64,000 bases of DNA from IMG/VR virus record IMGVR_UViG_3300028571_000009; one strand, 5' to 3'. The DNA is from a virus. Positions within the stretch are counted from its first letter, which is position 1. Each line of letters starts with the position of its first letter. This document shows positions 1 through 11,119 of the stretch, piece after piece. Below the pieces are notes generated by a model. That model ran no database searches. It saw only the letters and a program-made list of their open reading frames with translations, and was not told where the DNA came from. The position numbers and the translations under genes are program-made.

Positions 1-1
1 T

Positions 2-214
2 CAGCGATTAATATCGGCAGCTGGTAAGGCTGACACGGTAGGGAACGATTTCACATTATCAGAAGCAGAAAAAGCTGATTTGATGCGTGATGTTAAAGCA
101 TTAGATGCAGGTGACCAATTTGTGGAGAAAACCATACATAATATTCAGAATGAAGCACTAGCTCTTAATGGAATAAATGAATCTTTAGACGAACAAACCG
201 ATGTCGCTGTTTAA
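2..214 (+). CDS. Partial hypothetical protein (3' end; runs off the window start)
   Basis: Open frame QRLISAAGKADTVGNDF...EQTDVAV ending TAA at 212-214, overlapping the next start at 201. Confidence 0.6.
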   Translation, partial: QRLISAAGKADTVGNDFTLSEAEKADLMRDVKALDAGDQFVEKTIHNIQNEALALNGINESLDEQTDVAV

Positions 215-1358
215 AATACGAGGTGAGAATGTACAAATTATACCTGCAAAGGTTAAGGAGGTTTATTACAAAGATGATAAACCTGAAAGTACATTTTACA
301 TTACGGCATTAATACTCGATGGCGCATCGTCAGAACGTCAAGTTAATGCTCGACCATTATTCGTAAATAATAAACAGTTACCGTTAGAAGGTGAAACGGT
401 GTTACTAATTGGTACAGTAAGCAGTTATTCATCAGGTTTAGGAGCAAATGAAGATTTGTATTATATCGGTATAATTAATCTTCAAGGTAATGTACATCAT
501 AATTCATTACCTAATGCTAATGAAATAGAGACTCAAACACAGGCCGGTGGTGATTCTGCAAATTACCAAACCGGTAACGCTGGTAGCACTACCAAAAAAG
601 AAAAAGCAAAGGTTGATAAGAATTTTCCTGAATCTAAAACCGTAAAGTCACTACAACCATATATTGGTGACGTGCTATACGAAGGCCGGTTTGGGAATAG
701 TATTAGATTAACTAGTACATTAAAGAGTTATAACGGCTATACAAAACAACCTAATTGGAATAAAGCTAACGGTGCCGAAGGTGACCCGTTAATGATAATT
801 CGAGTTAGTAAACCTACTCAAAATACAAATAAGAGTAACGACTTCATTACTGAGGATTTTAAGAAAGATGACTCGTTTATTTTATTACAATCATCACAGG
901 GCATTGACTTTGAACCGGCATCAACCGTTACCGATTCTATCAAGAATCAAAAATTAGATTCATGGAACACGGGAAAGAAGTTTTCAGGTAAGCAAATACT
1001 AATATCATCAGGAAGAATTATATTCAATTCAACTCAGAACGAGATAATAGCATTTGCTAAAAAAGGAATTGGTTTATCGTCAGCAGATTCTATTTCATTA
1101 GATGCTCAAAAGAATATTGAGTTGAATGGTAATAAAATAATGTTGGGTAAAGATGCTGACGAACCGTTAATTTTAGGTAAGAAATTTAAAGATTGGATGG
1201 ATGACTTTATAGATGCGTTAGGTAAAATGACCGCAATAACTGCTATGGGTCCATCATCACCATTTCAATCATCTCCACAGTGGCCACAGATACAGGCACT
1301 CAAACAACAGTTTGAAAATAATCTAAGTCAATTAGCATACACGAAAAAATCTAAGTAA
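201..1358 (+). CDS. Putative baseplate hub/spike-associated protein (gp5-like region)
   Basis: 385 aa ORF two genes upstream of gp25/gp6; EGRFGNSIRL and beta-rich SGKQILISSGRIIFNS segments; function inferred mainly from context. Confidence 0.4.
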   Translation: MSLFKIRGENVQIIPAKVKEVYYKDDKPESTFYITALILDGASSERQVNARPLFVNNKQLPLEGETVLLIGTVSSYSSGLGANEDLYYIGIINLQGNVHHNSLPNANEIETQTQAGGDSANYQTGNAGSTTKKEKAKVDKNFPESKTVKSLQPYIGDVLYEGRFGNSIRLTSTLKSYNGYTKQPNWNKANGAEGDPLMIIRVSKPTQNTNKSNDFITEDFKKDDSFILLQSSQGIDFEPASTVTDSIKNQKLDSWNTGKKFSGKQILISSGRIIFNSTQNEIIAFAKKGIGLSSADSISLDAQKNIELNGNKIMLGKDADEPLILGKKFKDWMDDFIDALGKMTAITAMGPSSPFQSSPQWPQIQALKQQFENNLSQLAYTKKSK

Positions 1359-1398
1359 AACTTTTTGAAATCATAATTATATAAAAGACTTATTAATT

Positions 1399-1863
1399 AT
1401 GGATTCAAAAACATTTCTTGCAGCTCTTCGAACAATTATTCGTGAAGAAGTAACGAAAGCCGTACGTAACGAGGTTGGTAGAGTATTAACTGAGGGCGCC
1501 TCACATCCTACACCTGTAGAACGCGCAGTGCAAATACGCCGTTCTGTAGAACATGCAGTACAAACACGCCGCCCGATAGCACAAAAACCAAAATTTAAAA
1601 ACCCGATGCTTAACCAGCTATTAGAAGGTGTGGCGCCTGCCCCGTCTGATGAAGCGAAAGTTGGATTTGAAGAGTGGCCGACAATGCAATATGCAGGAAA
1701 TCCGACACGTGGTATCTCGAATTCATATAAAAAAGGTCCAATCAATGCCGCACCTGAGGGTGTGAATATAGCCGCGATTGAACGTCAAGCTCCGGAAGTA
1801 GCTGCAGCATTAACAAGAGATTATCGTTCGTTAGTAAAAGCGATGTTAAAACCTAAAGCTTAA
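1399..1863 (+). CDS. Hypothetical protein with LIREEV-type leader
   Basis: N-terminus MDSKTFLAALRTIIREEVTKAVRNEVGRVLTE resembles the repeated leader family. Confidence 0.7.
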   Translation: MDSKTFLAALRTIIREEVTKAVRNEVGRVLTEGASHPTPVERAVQIRRSVEHAVQTRRPIAQKPKFKNPMLNQLLEGVAPAPSDEAKVGFEEWPTMQYAGNPTRGISNSYKKGPINAAPEGVNIAAIERQAPEVAAALTRDYRSLVKAMLKPKA

Positions 1864-1865
1864 TA

Positions 1866-2327
1866 ATGGCAACTCGTCGTCGGGAGGAAATATCATATAA
1901 TCTAATAGATTTACAGCCGAATATAGCTGTCGGAATTAAACTACCGTTTAGTACACGAACCGGTGGATTATTCGCATTATCATATTCAACCGAAGAACAA
2001 GGTATATCGAATTTAAAAAATCTATTGTTAACTCGTACTGGTGAACGATATATGTTACCAAATTTTGGGACGGACATTTATGATACTGTATTTGAAAACA
2101 ACGTAGATGATTTACCGATAATCCTACGGGATAGTATATCATCAGCAATCGCTTTTTGGTTACCGTACATAATTATTAACGACCTTACAGTAACACGAAC
2201 TTCTAAGTATGAATCAGACCCTATAGGTCACGCAATTCAAATTAGCTTAACCGTTCAAGTGGGCTCTAGAGGCGCAAATGTACCAATAACAATTATCGTA
2301 ACACCGTCGTCAATAACAATAACATAA
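1866..2327 (+). CDS. gp25: Baseplate wedge protein, gp25-like
   Basis: NLKNLLLTRTGERYMLPNFGTDIYDTVFE is the GPW/gp25 signature; directly upstream of gp6. Confidence 0.85.
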   Translation: MATRRREEISYNLIDLQPNIAVGIKLPFSTRTGGLFALSYSTEEQGISNLKNLLLTRTGERYMLPNFGTDIYDTVFENNVDDLPIILRDSISSAIAFWLPYIIINDLTVTRTSKYESDPIGHAIQISLTVQVGSRGANVPITIIVTPSSITIT

Positions 2328-4210
2328 TGGCAGAAACACATGATATAAAGTATTTAGGTAAAGATTTCAATCAGTTACGCACTAACTTGATTGAATTCGC
2401 ACGTAATTACTTTCCGAATACATATAATGATTTTAATGAATCATCCCCGGGCATGATGTTTTTAGAAATGTCGGCATACGTAGGCGATGTATTAAGTTTT
2501 TACACTGATAAACAATTAAAAGAATCATTTTTAATTTCTGCGGAGGAAAAAACTAATTTGTATTCGTTAGCACAATCGTTAGGTTATAAAGTAAAAAATA
2601 AAATAGCCAGCTCAGTTGATTTAGATGTATTTCAGCTACTACCGTCTACAACATCGGGCAGCGCCATTGTACCGGATTGGTCATATGCATTAAACATACC
2701 AGCTGGTATGACAGTTAAATCCAAATCAACTGGTGCGGAATTTAGAACTTTAGACACTGTAAGTTTTTCACAGCTAAGTAATATGCCGGGCTCAAATGTA
2801 TCAGTATATCAAATTAATGAAGTTACTAATCAAGCGGAGTATTACTTATTAAAACATTCTGTGAAGGCGATTGCCGGAAACGTTAATACCACTACGTATA
2901 GTTTTGGTAACGCTAAACGGTTTGATAAAATATCATTAAGCGATACAAATATAATCGACATTGTTGATATTGTAGACTCTGATAATAATGTGTGGACAGA
3001 AGTCCCTAATTTAGCACAAGACACTGTATTTGAAACAGTATCTAACGTATCACAGAATGACCCGAGCTTATCACAATTTAATTTAACCGTACCGTATTTA
3101 TTAAAGTTAAAGAAAACCGCCCGTCGGTTTATAACACGATTTAGAACGGATGGTACCTTGGATATACAATTCGGAGCAGGTATTTCAGCTGATTTAGATG
3201 AGGAAATAATTCCGAACCCGGATAATGTAGGCTCAGGACTACCGAATCTACAGTTGCAATATGACCAACCGTTAGACCCGTCGAACTTCATGTATACTAG
3301 AAGCTATGGTCTAGCTCCATCAAATACAACGTTAACGGTAAGATATACAACGGGTGGTGGCCTACAATCAAACGTCCCGGCATTCGACCTAACAGATATA
3401 GTAGGATTGACATTCGATATTAATGAGACCGGACTTAATGCTGGATTGCAGGGCCAAATAAAAGCGTCAGTTGCATGTACTAACCCTAAGCCAGGAACTG
3501 GCGGTAAGGACGAAGAGAGTTTAGATGATGTTAGAAATAACGCAATGTCATACTTTGCCGCACAGAATAGAGCAGTAACCGACCAAGATTATATTATTCG
3601 TGCATATTCAATGCCACCTAGATTCGGTGCAGTAGCTAAGGCATTCATTATTCAAGATTCGCAAATCGACCCAGTAACCAATTTGGGTATTTCGAACCCC
3701 TTAGCACTCAATCTATACTGTGTAGGGTATGACACTAATGGGAATCTTACTCAATTAAACTCCGCTGTAAAAGAGAACCTAAAGACCTATATAGGGCAAT
3801 ATCGTATGCTAACCGATGCTATAAACATTCGAGACGCGTATATTATTAATATCGGTATAGAATTTGAAGTGATTTGTTTACCGGACGCAAATTCGAATGA
3901 AGTTTTACTTAAATGTATTAATGCATTAAAGTCGTATTTCGATATTCGAAAATGGCAAATTAATCAGCCAATAATATTGTCAAAATTGAACACGTTATTG
4001 GACCAAGTAGCCGGTGTACAGACGGTAGTAAAAGTTGAATTAAGTAATTTATATAATGCAGACCTAGGATACTCTGGAAACGTGTATACTATTTCAAGCA
4101 GTGAAGGTGGGTCAACTCGTAATGGGGTTGTATACCCTAGTTTAGACCCATCTATATTTGAAGTTCGATTCCCCAGTAATGATATTAAAGGCCGCGTAGT
4201 AAGTTTATGA
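2327..4210 (+). CDS. gp6: Baseplate wedge protein, gp6-like
   Basis: DFNQLRTNLIEF...YNDFNESSPGMMFLEMSAYVGDVLSFY, GGKDEESLDDVR and QNRAVTDQDY motifs of T4 gp6/baseplate J. Confidence 0.9.
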   Translation: MAETHDIKYLGKDFNQLRTNLIEFARNYFPNTYNDFNESSPGMMFLEMSAYVGDVLSFYTDKQLKESFLISAEEKTNLYSLAQSLGYKVKNKIASSVDLDVFQLLPSTTSGSAIVPDWSYALNIPAGMTVKSKSTGAEFRTLDTVSFSQLSNMPGSNVSVYQINEVTNQAEYYLLKHSVKAIAGNVNTTTYSFGNAKRFDKISLSDTNIIDIVDIVDSDNNVWTEVPNLAQDTVFETVSNVSQNDPSLSQFNLTVPYLLKLKKTARRFITRFRTDGTLDIQFGAGISADLDEEIIPNPDNVGSGLPNLQLQYDQPLDPSNFMYTRSYGLAPSNTTLTVRYTTGGGLQSNVPAFDLTDIVGLTFDINETGLNAGLQGQIKASVACTNPKPGTGGKDEESLDDVRNNAMSYFAAQNRAVTDQDYIIRAYSMPPRFGAVAKAFIIQDSQIDPVTNLGISNPLALNLYCVGYDTNGNLTQLNSAVKENLKTYIGQYRMLTDAINIRDAYIINIGIEFEVICLPDANSNEVLLKCINALKSYFDIRKWQINQPIILSKLNTLLDQVAGVQTVVKVELSNLYNADLGYSGNVYTISSSEGGSTRNGVVYPSLDPSIFEVRFPSNDIKGRVVSL

Positions 4211-5289
4211 TAGTAGCAATAAAACCTAATCGAAGTGCAACAATGTATGAAGACATGCCCATAAAAAATACGGGTTTGGATGAAATACTTGAAATTACTA
4301 AAATAGCTTCTGCGAGTTTATACTCAGAGTCCAGACCCGTGCTATATTTTAATACAACTGATATAACGCAAGTGTTATCAGATTATGGTGTTTCAATATC
4401 TAATGTAACGTGTTCATTAATTATGAATACTGTTCAAATGTCCGAGGTGCCGATTAATTACACCATAGCAGTCAATGCTATCAGCGGTTCTTGGACAAAT
4501 GGTACCGGACGTTTTGCAGATACCGAATTATCAGGCGGTATATCATGGACATATAAGGCCGGCGAAACATCGTCACCGTGGATGACATCTAGTTTTGCCA
4601 CCGGGTCGACCGGTACATATAATGTAACACCTGGCGGTGGTACCTGGTATACAGCGAGTGCGGCCACACAGTCGTTTTCATTTAAACAGGATAATGACTT
4701 AAGCGTTAATATATCCGGTATCGTGAGAGCATGGCTGACCGGTTCAATATCTAATGATGGCGTTATTGTTAGATTATCAAATGTGGCGGTGACTGATTAT
4801 CTATTACCGACAAATATTCAATTTTATAGTGCGAATACGCACACAGTATACGGCCCTAGTTTACGCCTAGAATGGAACAGTGTTACCGAATTTATAACCG
4901 GTAGTTTAGTATCTATTGATATAGAAGATAATCCAATTATTTATCTATCTGGATTCAAGGGCGAATATAAACCAAATGTTAAGATTAGAGCATTTGTTCG
5001 TAGCAGACCAATGTATCCTAGACATACATTCGCACAAAATTCCGATTATACAACTGTAAAGTATTTACCGTCCACATCTTATTATAAGATTGTAGATGCC
5101 GCTACTTTAGAAACAGTAGTAGATTATAGCGAAGGTACAAAGCTGTCATGTAATACTAATGGAAATTATTTTGATTTCTCATCTACAGTATTATATCCTG
5201 AGAGATTTTATAAATTTGAATTCAAAGTTGTTTATAGTGGTACGACTGAATATTTTGCCGATAATTACATGTTTAAAATAGTCAATTAA
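4207..5289 (+). CDS. Putative virion/baseplate structural protein
   Basis: 360 aa, beta-rich and S/T-rich, ATGA overlap with gp6. Confidence 0.6.
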   Translation: MIVAIKPNRSATMYEDMPIKNTGLDEILEITKIASASLYSESRPVLYFNTTDITQVLSDYGVSISNVTCSLIMNTVQMSEVPINYTIAVNAISGSWTNGTGRFADTELSGGISWTYKAGETSSPWMTSSFATGSTGTYNVTPGGGTWYTASAATQSFSFKQDNDLSVNISGIVRAWLTGSISNDGVIVRLSNVAVTDYLLPTNIQFYSANTHTVYGPSLRLEWNSVTEFITGSLVSIDIEDNPIIYLSGFKGEYKPNVKIRAFVRSRPMYPRHTFAQNSDYTTVKYLPSTSYYKIVDAATLETVVDYSEGTKLSCNTNGNYFDFSSTVLYPERFYKFEFKVVYSGTTEYFADNYMFKIVN

Positions 5290-6311
5290 TGTACGATTCA
5301 TATAAGTTAATAACAAACCCCACCGTTACAATCACCGATACGAATATTAATCGTAATAGCCTAGGCTATATGGTTTTAGATAATCAACAATCGGTAGGAA
5401 TTCCGATAGTAACAAAGTTATATGATTATCAAAAGTATGTTGAAATAATTGATACTATATTCACAGAGTTATTCCCTAACGATGTACAACCATTAAGTAC
5501 AGTTGACCTAGAGTCGCAATTAGCAATATTACAATCACAGTTAAGTGGTAGTAATCAAGAAAACTCGACGTTACAATCGATAATAGATGGATTGTTACAA
5601 CCAGGCGGTGAACCTGAAATGTGGCGAACTAGAAAGACATTTAAACGCGTTGTGGATTCGAATAAGGGTACGTATACTCTAGGATTTCCGATAATAAATA
5701 CTTGGAGCGACACGAAATGGGGACAACACGCGGGTGCAGTAATGCAGGTTCTAGGACCAACAGTTAGTGATGCGGAACAGGTATTAATTAATGAATTCTA
5801 CAGTATGGTGCAAGGATTCACAACATATCTAAATAATAATCCAAATGATATTACCAACTTAGAAGTTGCTACATTCTTAAACGAAAGCGAAATCCCGGGA
5901 TATGTAATTAATATCCCAGGAAGTGGCGCCCCATATGCCCCATCAGCTATTACCAATCCAATTATATTTAGGTTACAAAATTCACCGGCAGTACCGAATG
6001 TTTTAGAACAGGAGATTAACATATTGTCAATGTCTGATTTACCGTATTGTTACAGAACAATCAACCCGGATACGCAGTTACCATGGATTCAGAATATACA
6101 ACAATTTAGAGCATTATGTAAGAAAATCGTATATTGGGTTAGGGTACTATCCAGTAACAACGTTGTAACAAATAATATCAATCTGAGATTGCATCCCCCT
6201 TCATCGCCGGCAGTCGATATTACGACCCAGTTTAGTACTATCAGCGAATATGAAAATAATCCTGTATATAATATCACTAACAAAGAGACTTATTATCTAG
6301 ATATTCCTTAG
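5289..6311 (+). CDS. Hypothetical protein (baseplate cluster)
   Basis: 340 aa ORF coupled to the previous gene; short coiled coil near the N-terminus. Confidence 0.6.
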   Translation: MYDSYKLITNPTVTITDTNINRNSLGYMVLDNQQSVGIPIVTKLYDYQKYVEIIDTIFTELFPNDVQPLSTVDLESQLAILQSQLSGSNQENSTLQSIIDGLLQPGGEPEMWRTRKTFKRVVDSNKGTYTLGFPIINTWSDTKWGQHAGAVMQVLGPTVSDAEQVLINEFYSMVQGFTTYLNNNPNDITNLEVATFLNESEIPGYVINIPGSGAPYAPSAITNPIIFRLQNSPAVPNVLEQEINILSMSDLPYCYRTINPDTQLPWIQNIQQFRALCKKIVYWVRVLSSNNVVTNNINLRLHPPSSPAVDITTQFSTISEYENNPVYNITNKETYYLDIP

Positions 6312-6329
6312 GATAATATTTATTACTAT

Positions 6330-6956
6330 ATGACTACATTTTTTTATAAAGATAATACCGGTAATTACAAATTTACCCCGGAAGGTGATTTGGTTGTAAA
6401 GATACTACGCGAAAGAGATAACGCGTGGATTATGAATCAAGATTATGTTTTGGGATGGTTCAAGGGTATGAATATAGAGCCAGGTCCTGAGAATGTGATA
6501 GAATTCGCAGACGAATTACAAGAATATGTAACCATAAATAATAAGAAAAGCATATGGGGCGGGACAATTAATACCGGCGAATACGTTAAATGGAATTATT
6601 ACGCGCAGGAATCTAGACCCAATGGGAAGAATATAGTAGATGACCAATTTATCCAAACTAGAGTTCTTAAATTAAAAGACCCGCAATCAGGCCACACTGA
6701 ATATGTTGGTAGAGTCTTAGCGTTTAATTATGTTACATTATATCAAAATACAGCAGCAATTGCCACATTATTTGGAAGCTTTGATGGCACGTCACCGGAA
6801 GCTAGCTCCCACGTGTTAGCCTGGTTTAAGGGTGTGAATTTAGCGCCCACACTAGCATTGGTCGAGATATATTCAAACTACATCAAAGCGTATTTGGAAG
6901 ACCCTAGAAAAGAGCTAGACACTAATATCGATATTGGTATATTCTTAGTTAAATAA
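6330..6956 (+). CDS. Hypothetical protein with internal duplication
   Basis: VLGWFKGMN and VLAWFKGVN repeats; TATTTATT at 6317. Confidence 0.65.
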   Translation: MTTFFYKDNTGNYKFTPEGDLVVKILRERDNAWIMNQDYVLGWFKGMNIEPGPENVIEFADELQEYVTINNKKSIWGGTINTGEYVKWNYYAQESRPNGKNIVDDQFIQTRVLKLKDPQSGHTEYVGRVLAFNYVTLYQNTAAIATLFGSFDGTSPEASSHVLAWFKGVNLAPTLALVEIYSNYIKAYLEDPRKELDTNIDIGIFLVK

Positions 6957-6962
6957 TATTGA

Positions 6963-9900
6963 ATGTTACCATACACAAATGATGATACTTTAGTAGCAAT
7001 ACAAAACTTACCCGCAAATGGTACGTATTACGATAGTAACGCCGAATTTTTAATACCGGCAAGTTACTACGATGTAATGGATATTCCGACGTGTAATTTA
7101 GAGTTACATGTATACGACTTAGTAGGGAATTATTTAACGGGGACTTCTGCTGTCGACCCAAATAATTGGTACATATCACCAAATTCGAATTCAAATCAAA
7201 CGAATGTTCTAACAATTAACTTAGAAAAGGCGTGTAATGATTTAGGATTATTACGTGGACAGTATGTTACCGTTATAAATTTACATAAGCGGGAAGTAGG
7301 CGATATACAATCACCTAGTTACTTCATAAAGACTTTATCAACTTCACGTACTGAGTTACGTCTTGCTCCGGTCGAGGCATCAACACCAATTGGTTTAGAC
7401 TTTCAACAGTTCGCATCTGATTATATTCAGCATAAGGACTTTGCGATAAACAAACTAAATAGAGTATTTCCGGTATATGATTCAGGTGATGTATCATACG
7501 GACAAACAAACAGTGGTGTATCAATACCGATATTTTATTTTACTGATAACGCAATTCGATTCGCATTCGATAAATTCGTTACCAATCAGGCTACAAACCC
7601 TGCAATATATAATGGTAGCACATTTATTGCGATAAATGATTATCAGACGTACACAAATTATTTAGCTGCGACAGTGTCGCAGGTAGCAGCTACCGTAGCT
7701 TGGTTTATCGGAGCAAATATTAAGATTACACCGGCATCTATAGAAAAATTTGCACTTGAGCTGATTAACTATAGTAATTCGTTGGCTGTATTAGAATATA
7801 CAGCGATACAAGACCTAGCTAATTTACTAAAGATTCAAGACTTTTGGAGACGAAATACAGACGGTACATATAAACATATTGGCCAGCCGTATTTTAATGA
7901 TACCACTTTAATAAACGCGGGATATTCAATATTACCGTATTTATACCCGGCTGACTATATTCTAAATTTTGGTAATAACAATATTGCTAAGGTAGTTAAT
8001 TTTGCATTTGAATCTACCGGAACGATGTTAGTAAAGTTGGCGAATCCGTTGGATATTCAATTCAATGAATTGGACCGATTATGTATTGCGTCTGAATTAA
8101 TTAGACCGCTTGTAGAAAAGATTCTACTGGTTAATATACTACAGGCTATATCCGGTAATACATTACGTGGGCCGAACTTTGATATTGATGTAGAAGAAGC
8201 GCAAAGTATCGCAACGAGTCTTAAATCATGGAACGATTTATTATCGGCAAACGTAAATACTAATCAGCAGATTATTGATAAATACTTTAGCGGTAGCTTA
8301 AACGGTATTGATTTGAATATCAATTACAGCGAGTTTAGTAACTTTGTGCATTTTAGTTCTGCAGAAGAACGTGTAGCTAATTTCAAGTATAAGTTACAGC
8401 TGATAGAATACTACACCGATAGACTAAATACTCTAGCCGTAGCGACCGGGTCAATTGACACCAATTCAATTGAAGCAGTCAATAAACGTAATAATATTAT
8501 AAGCGGTTTTGACGACTTTGAAAAGTACTTATTCTACGAACCAACCGGTAGTCAATTATACACGCATCAATCATGCTCAATACAACCGTGGCCAAAACAA
8601 AATATTAGCTCGGGTAGTATCACATACATAAATCAGGTGAGTACAACAGGAAGTGTTACTCAGACGTATTATGATGACGTTATTCAACAGGCGCAGACAT
8701 TCGACAGATTTAATATACATTCACTACGTAATGCAGTACCGGTACATATTAATGTAGATGAATTTAATGCGGAGTATGTACTGTTTGTTGATATGATAGG
8801 ACATTACTATGATATTATCTGGTCATACATACATTATTTGACACAAGTTAATGGTCGCCAAGAACATCCGGCAGATGGTATGAGTCAAGATTTAGTATTT
8901 AGTGTCGCCAAATCATTGGGGTTAACGATGTATAGCGGCAAGAGTGCTAAAGATTTGTGGACGTATGCATTAGGCTTAAATGATACTGGTGAGTATATAA
9001 CGACTGGCAGTCTACAATCATTATCAGGTGAGGAATCGACTAAAGAAGTATGGCGCCGGCTAATCAATAACTTACCATACCTATATAAAACCAAGGGTAC
9101 TGCGCGTAGTATTAAAGCGTTGTTAACGTGCTATGGAATTCCGACTACAATATTAAACATTAAAGAGTATGGCGGAGTCAATGCGGAACAAAACGATTTA
9201 CAGCCATTGTATATACATGATGTATATTCATATGCAAAAGCTTTTGCACCTCGTGACTCGAAGGATGTAGTAGGTACACCATGGCAGCCTCTCATTAGAA
9301 ATCAATATAATCTATCCGGAAGTACCGTACAATACCCCGACGCTATAGAGTTTAGAGTACGAACTGATGACAACTATTCATATTCAATTGGCACGCATTA
9401 TTCATTACTGCGTACGCATAATTATTTTAGTGCTAGTCCGATATGGAATCAAATACAAGACCAATGGGACCAACCTAATTCATCTACTGGTTCTGGTATA
9501 GCGCCTAGATTGCTTGACCCGTTGATTGAAGTTACATTTAAACCAATAAACGCCCACTCTGGGAGTATTCATCTGTTTATATCAGGAAGTGATGGGTACA
9601 AATCAGCGTCAATTGATGATGTGTGGATGTTTGATAATAATTGGTTAAACGTTTTAGTACAACGCGGTGTATCGACAGACGCGACGGCATCAAATCAACA
9701 GTATACTTTAAAATACCAAAAAGGGCTTTATGGTAAAATTGTCGCATCGGGTAGTTCGACAATCGATTTATCAACCACATCAAGTAGCGGGTCGTATACC
9801 ACATCATGGTCAACGGGCAGTGTAATCACGTGGGGTATGGGCGGGACGAATACAGCGACCAGTATATCCGGTAATGAAACGGAAGATTTTAATGGGTTGC

Positions 9901-11075
9901 TTCAAGAAATTCGGTATTGGTATGATACACTAACTGATGATACTATATCTACCCATACACTATCACCTAGTTCATATAACGGAAATCAACATTATTCAGC
10001 GTATTATGACCTAGCATATAGAGCGTCATTAACTAGAAAACCAACTGAAACCGGGTCATTCTATTTAGCACAAACATATTCGCAACATCCTAATCAATCT
10101 ATAAACAGTGGTTTATCAGTAATATATGCTAGGTATTCTAGCTCAGCGGCGGTACCGTTTGAGGGTGTCGAAGAAACATACTATACTCGGTATGCAGATT
10201 TAACCGCTCATAACATATACTCTGATAAAGTTCGCATAGAGTCGCAATCATTAAGTGCACCACTAAGTTCTGATAGACGTGTTACAGTTAGTTCTTTTGA
10301 TAGAAATTCAACAGACTCAAATAAGTTAGGAATTTATTTTTCGCCACAAAACGGAATTAATGATGATATAGTAGCACATACTGGGTATCTATCATTAGAC
10401 GATTATATTGGCGACCCTAGAGACCAGTACAAACCACAATACACGCACCTAAGTCAATTACAGGATGAATATTGGAAAAAGTATCAGAATAAAAATGACT
10501 TTGCCGCGTATTTCCGTGCATTATCTTTATACGATTTATCTGTATTTAAGCAGATTAAGAAATTCGTACCGGCTCGAGCAAATTTAATTTCCGGTATACT
10601 AGTAGAGCCTAATCTTTTAGAAAGATATAAAGCTCGTACAATAAAATTACCTGAGGTAGAAAATTTACTGCAGAATGCATCTATTGATGCGTCGGAACAT
10701 ATCAATGCGGAGGGTATATATGACCCTAGTATTAGCATTTTGTTAGCTATGCCATCATCTATGTCCGGGTCTAGTGTAATCGGAGTTTTAGGTAATATCA
10801 TTACCACATATACAATTGATACAACGCCGTATACTATCGGTTCGTACGACCCGAATACTAACATTACATCACAGCCGAACGTCGTAATGAATAATCTCGA
10901 TGACTACAGTTTATCTGACGGTTGGATAATAGGTGCACAGAGTACTAGTGCGAATTGGAATTCACCTAGTCCGGACACATATGATAATGGGCCGGTAGTA
11001 GTCACCACCACAGCTAATCCCAATTACATAATAACTCAACCACCCGCTTGGGATGGGACTCTGCAAATGCTATAA
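6963..11075 (+). CDS. Large baseplate wedge protein (gp7/P2 gpI-like domain)
   Basis: 1370 aa; WRRLINNLPYLYKTKGTARSIKALLTCYG resembles the KGT motif of baseplate wedge proteins; baseplate context. Confidence 0.6.
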   Translation: MLPYTNDDTLVAIQNLPANGTYYDSNAEFLIPASYYDVMDIPTCNLELHVYDLVGNYLTGTSAVDPNNWYISPNSNSNQTNVLTINLEKACNDLGLLRGQYVTVINLHKREVGDIQSPSYFIKTLSTSRTELRLAPVEASTPIGLDFQQFASDYIQHKDFAINKLNRVFPVYDSGDVSYGQTNSGVSIPIFYFTDNAIRFAFDKFVTNQATNPAIYNGSTFIAINDYQTYTNYLAATVSQVAATVAWFIGANIKITPASIEKFALELINYSNSLAVLEYTAIQDLANLLKIQDFWRRNTDGTYKHIGQPYFNDTTLINAGYSILPYLYPADYILNFGNNNIAKVVNFAFESTGTMLVKLANPLDIQFNELDRLCIASELIRPLVEKILLVNILQAISGNTLRGPNFDIDVEEAQSIATSLKSWNDLLSANVNTNQQIIDKYFSGSLNGIDLNINYSEFSNFVHFSSAEERVANFKYKLQLIEYYTDRLNTLAVATGSIDTNSIEAVNKRNNIISGFDDFEKYLFYEPTGSQLYTHQSCSIQPWPKQNISSGSITYINQVSTTGSVTQTYYDDVIQQAQTFDRFNIHSLRNAVPVHINVDEFNAEYVLFVDMIGHYYDIIWSYIHYLTQVNGRQEHPADGMSQDLVFSVAKSLGLTMYSGKSAKDLWTYALGLNDTGEYITTGSLQSLSGEESTKEVWRRLINNLPYLYKTKGTARSIKALLTCYGIPTTILNIKEYGGVNAEQNDLQPLYIHDVYSYAKAFAPRDSKDVVGTPWQPLIRNQYNLSGSTVQYPDAIEFRVRTDDNYSYSIGTHYSLLRTHNYFSASPIWNQIQDQWDQPNSSTGSGIAPRLLDPLIEVTFKPINAHSGSIHLFISGSDGYKSASIDDVWMFDNNWLNVLVQRGVSTDATASNQQYTLKYQKGLYGKIVASGSSTIDLSTTSSSGSYTTSWSTGSVITWGMGGTNTATSISGNETEDFNGLLQEIRYWYDTLTDDTISTHTLSPSSYNGNQHYSAYYDLAYRASLTRKPTETGSFYLAQTYSQHPNQSINSGLSVIYARYSSSAAVPFEGVEETYYTRYADLTAHNIYSDKVRIESQSLSAPLSSDRRVTVSSFDRNSTDSNKLGIYFSPQNGINDDIVAHTGYLSLDDYIGDPRDQYKPQYTHLSQLQDEYWKKYQNKNDFAAYFRALSLYDLSVFKQIKKFVPARANLISGILVEPNLLERYKARTIKLPEVENLLQNASIDASEHINAEGIYDPSISILLAMPSSMSGSSVIGVLGNIITTYTIDTTPYTIGSYDPNTNITSQPNVVMNNLDDYSLSDGWIIGAQSTSANWNSPSPDTYDNGPVVVTTTANPNYIITQPPAWDGTLQML

Positions 11076-11119
11076 ATTCAACTAGTACTATATTTATTTA
11101 AAATAAAACAATTACAATA

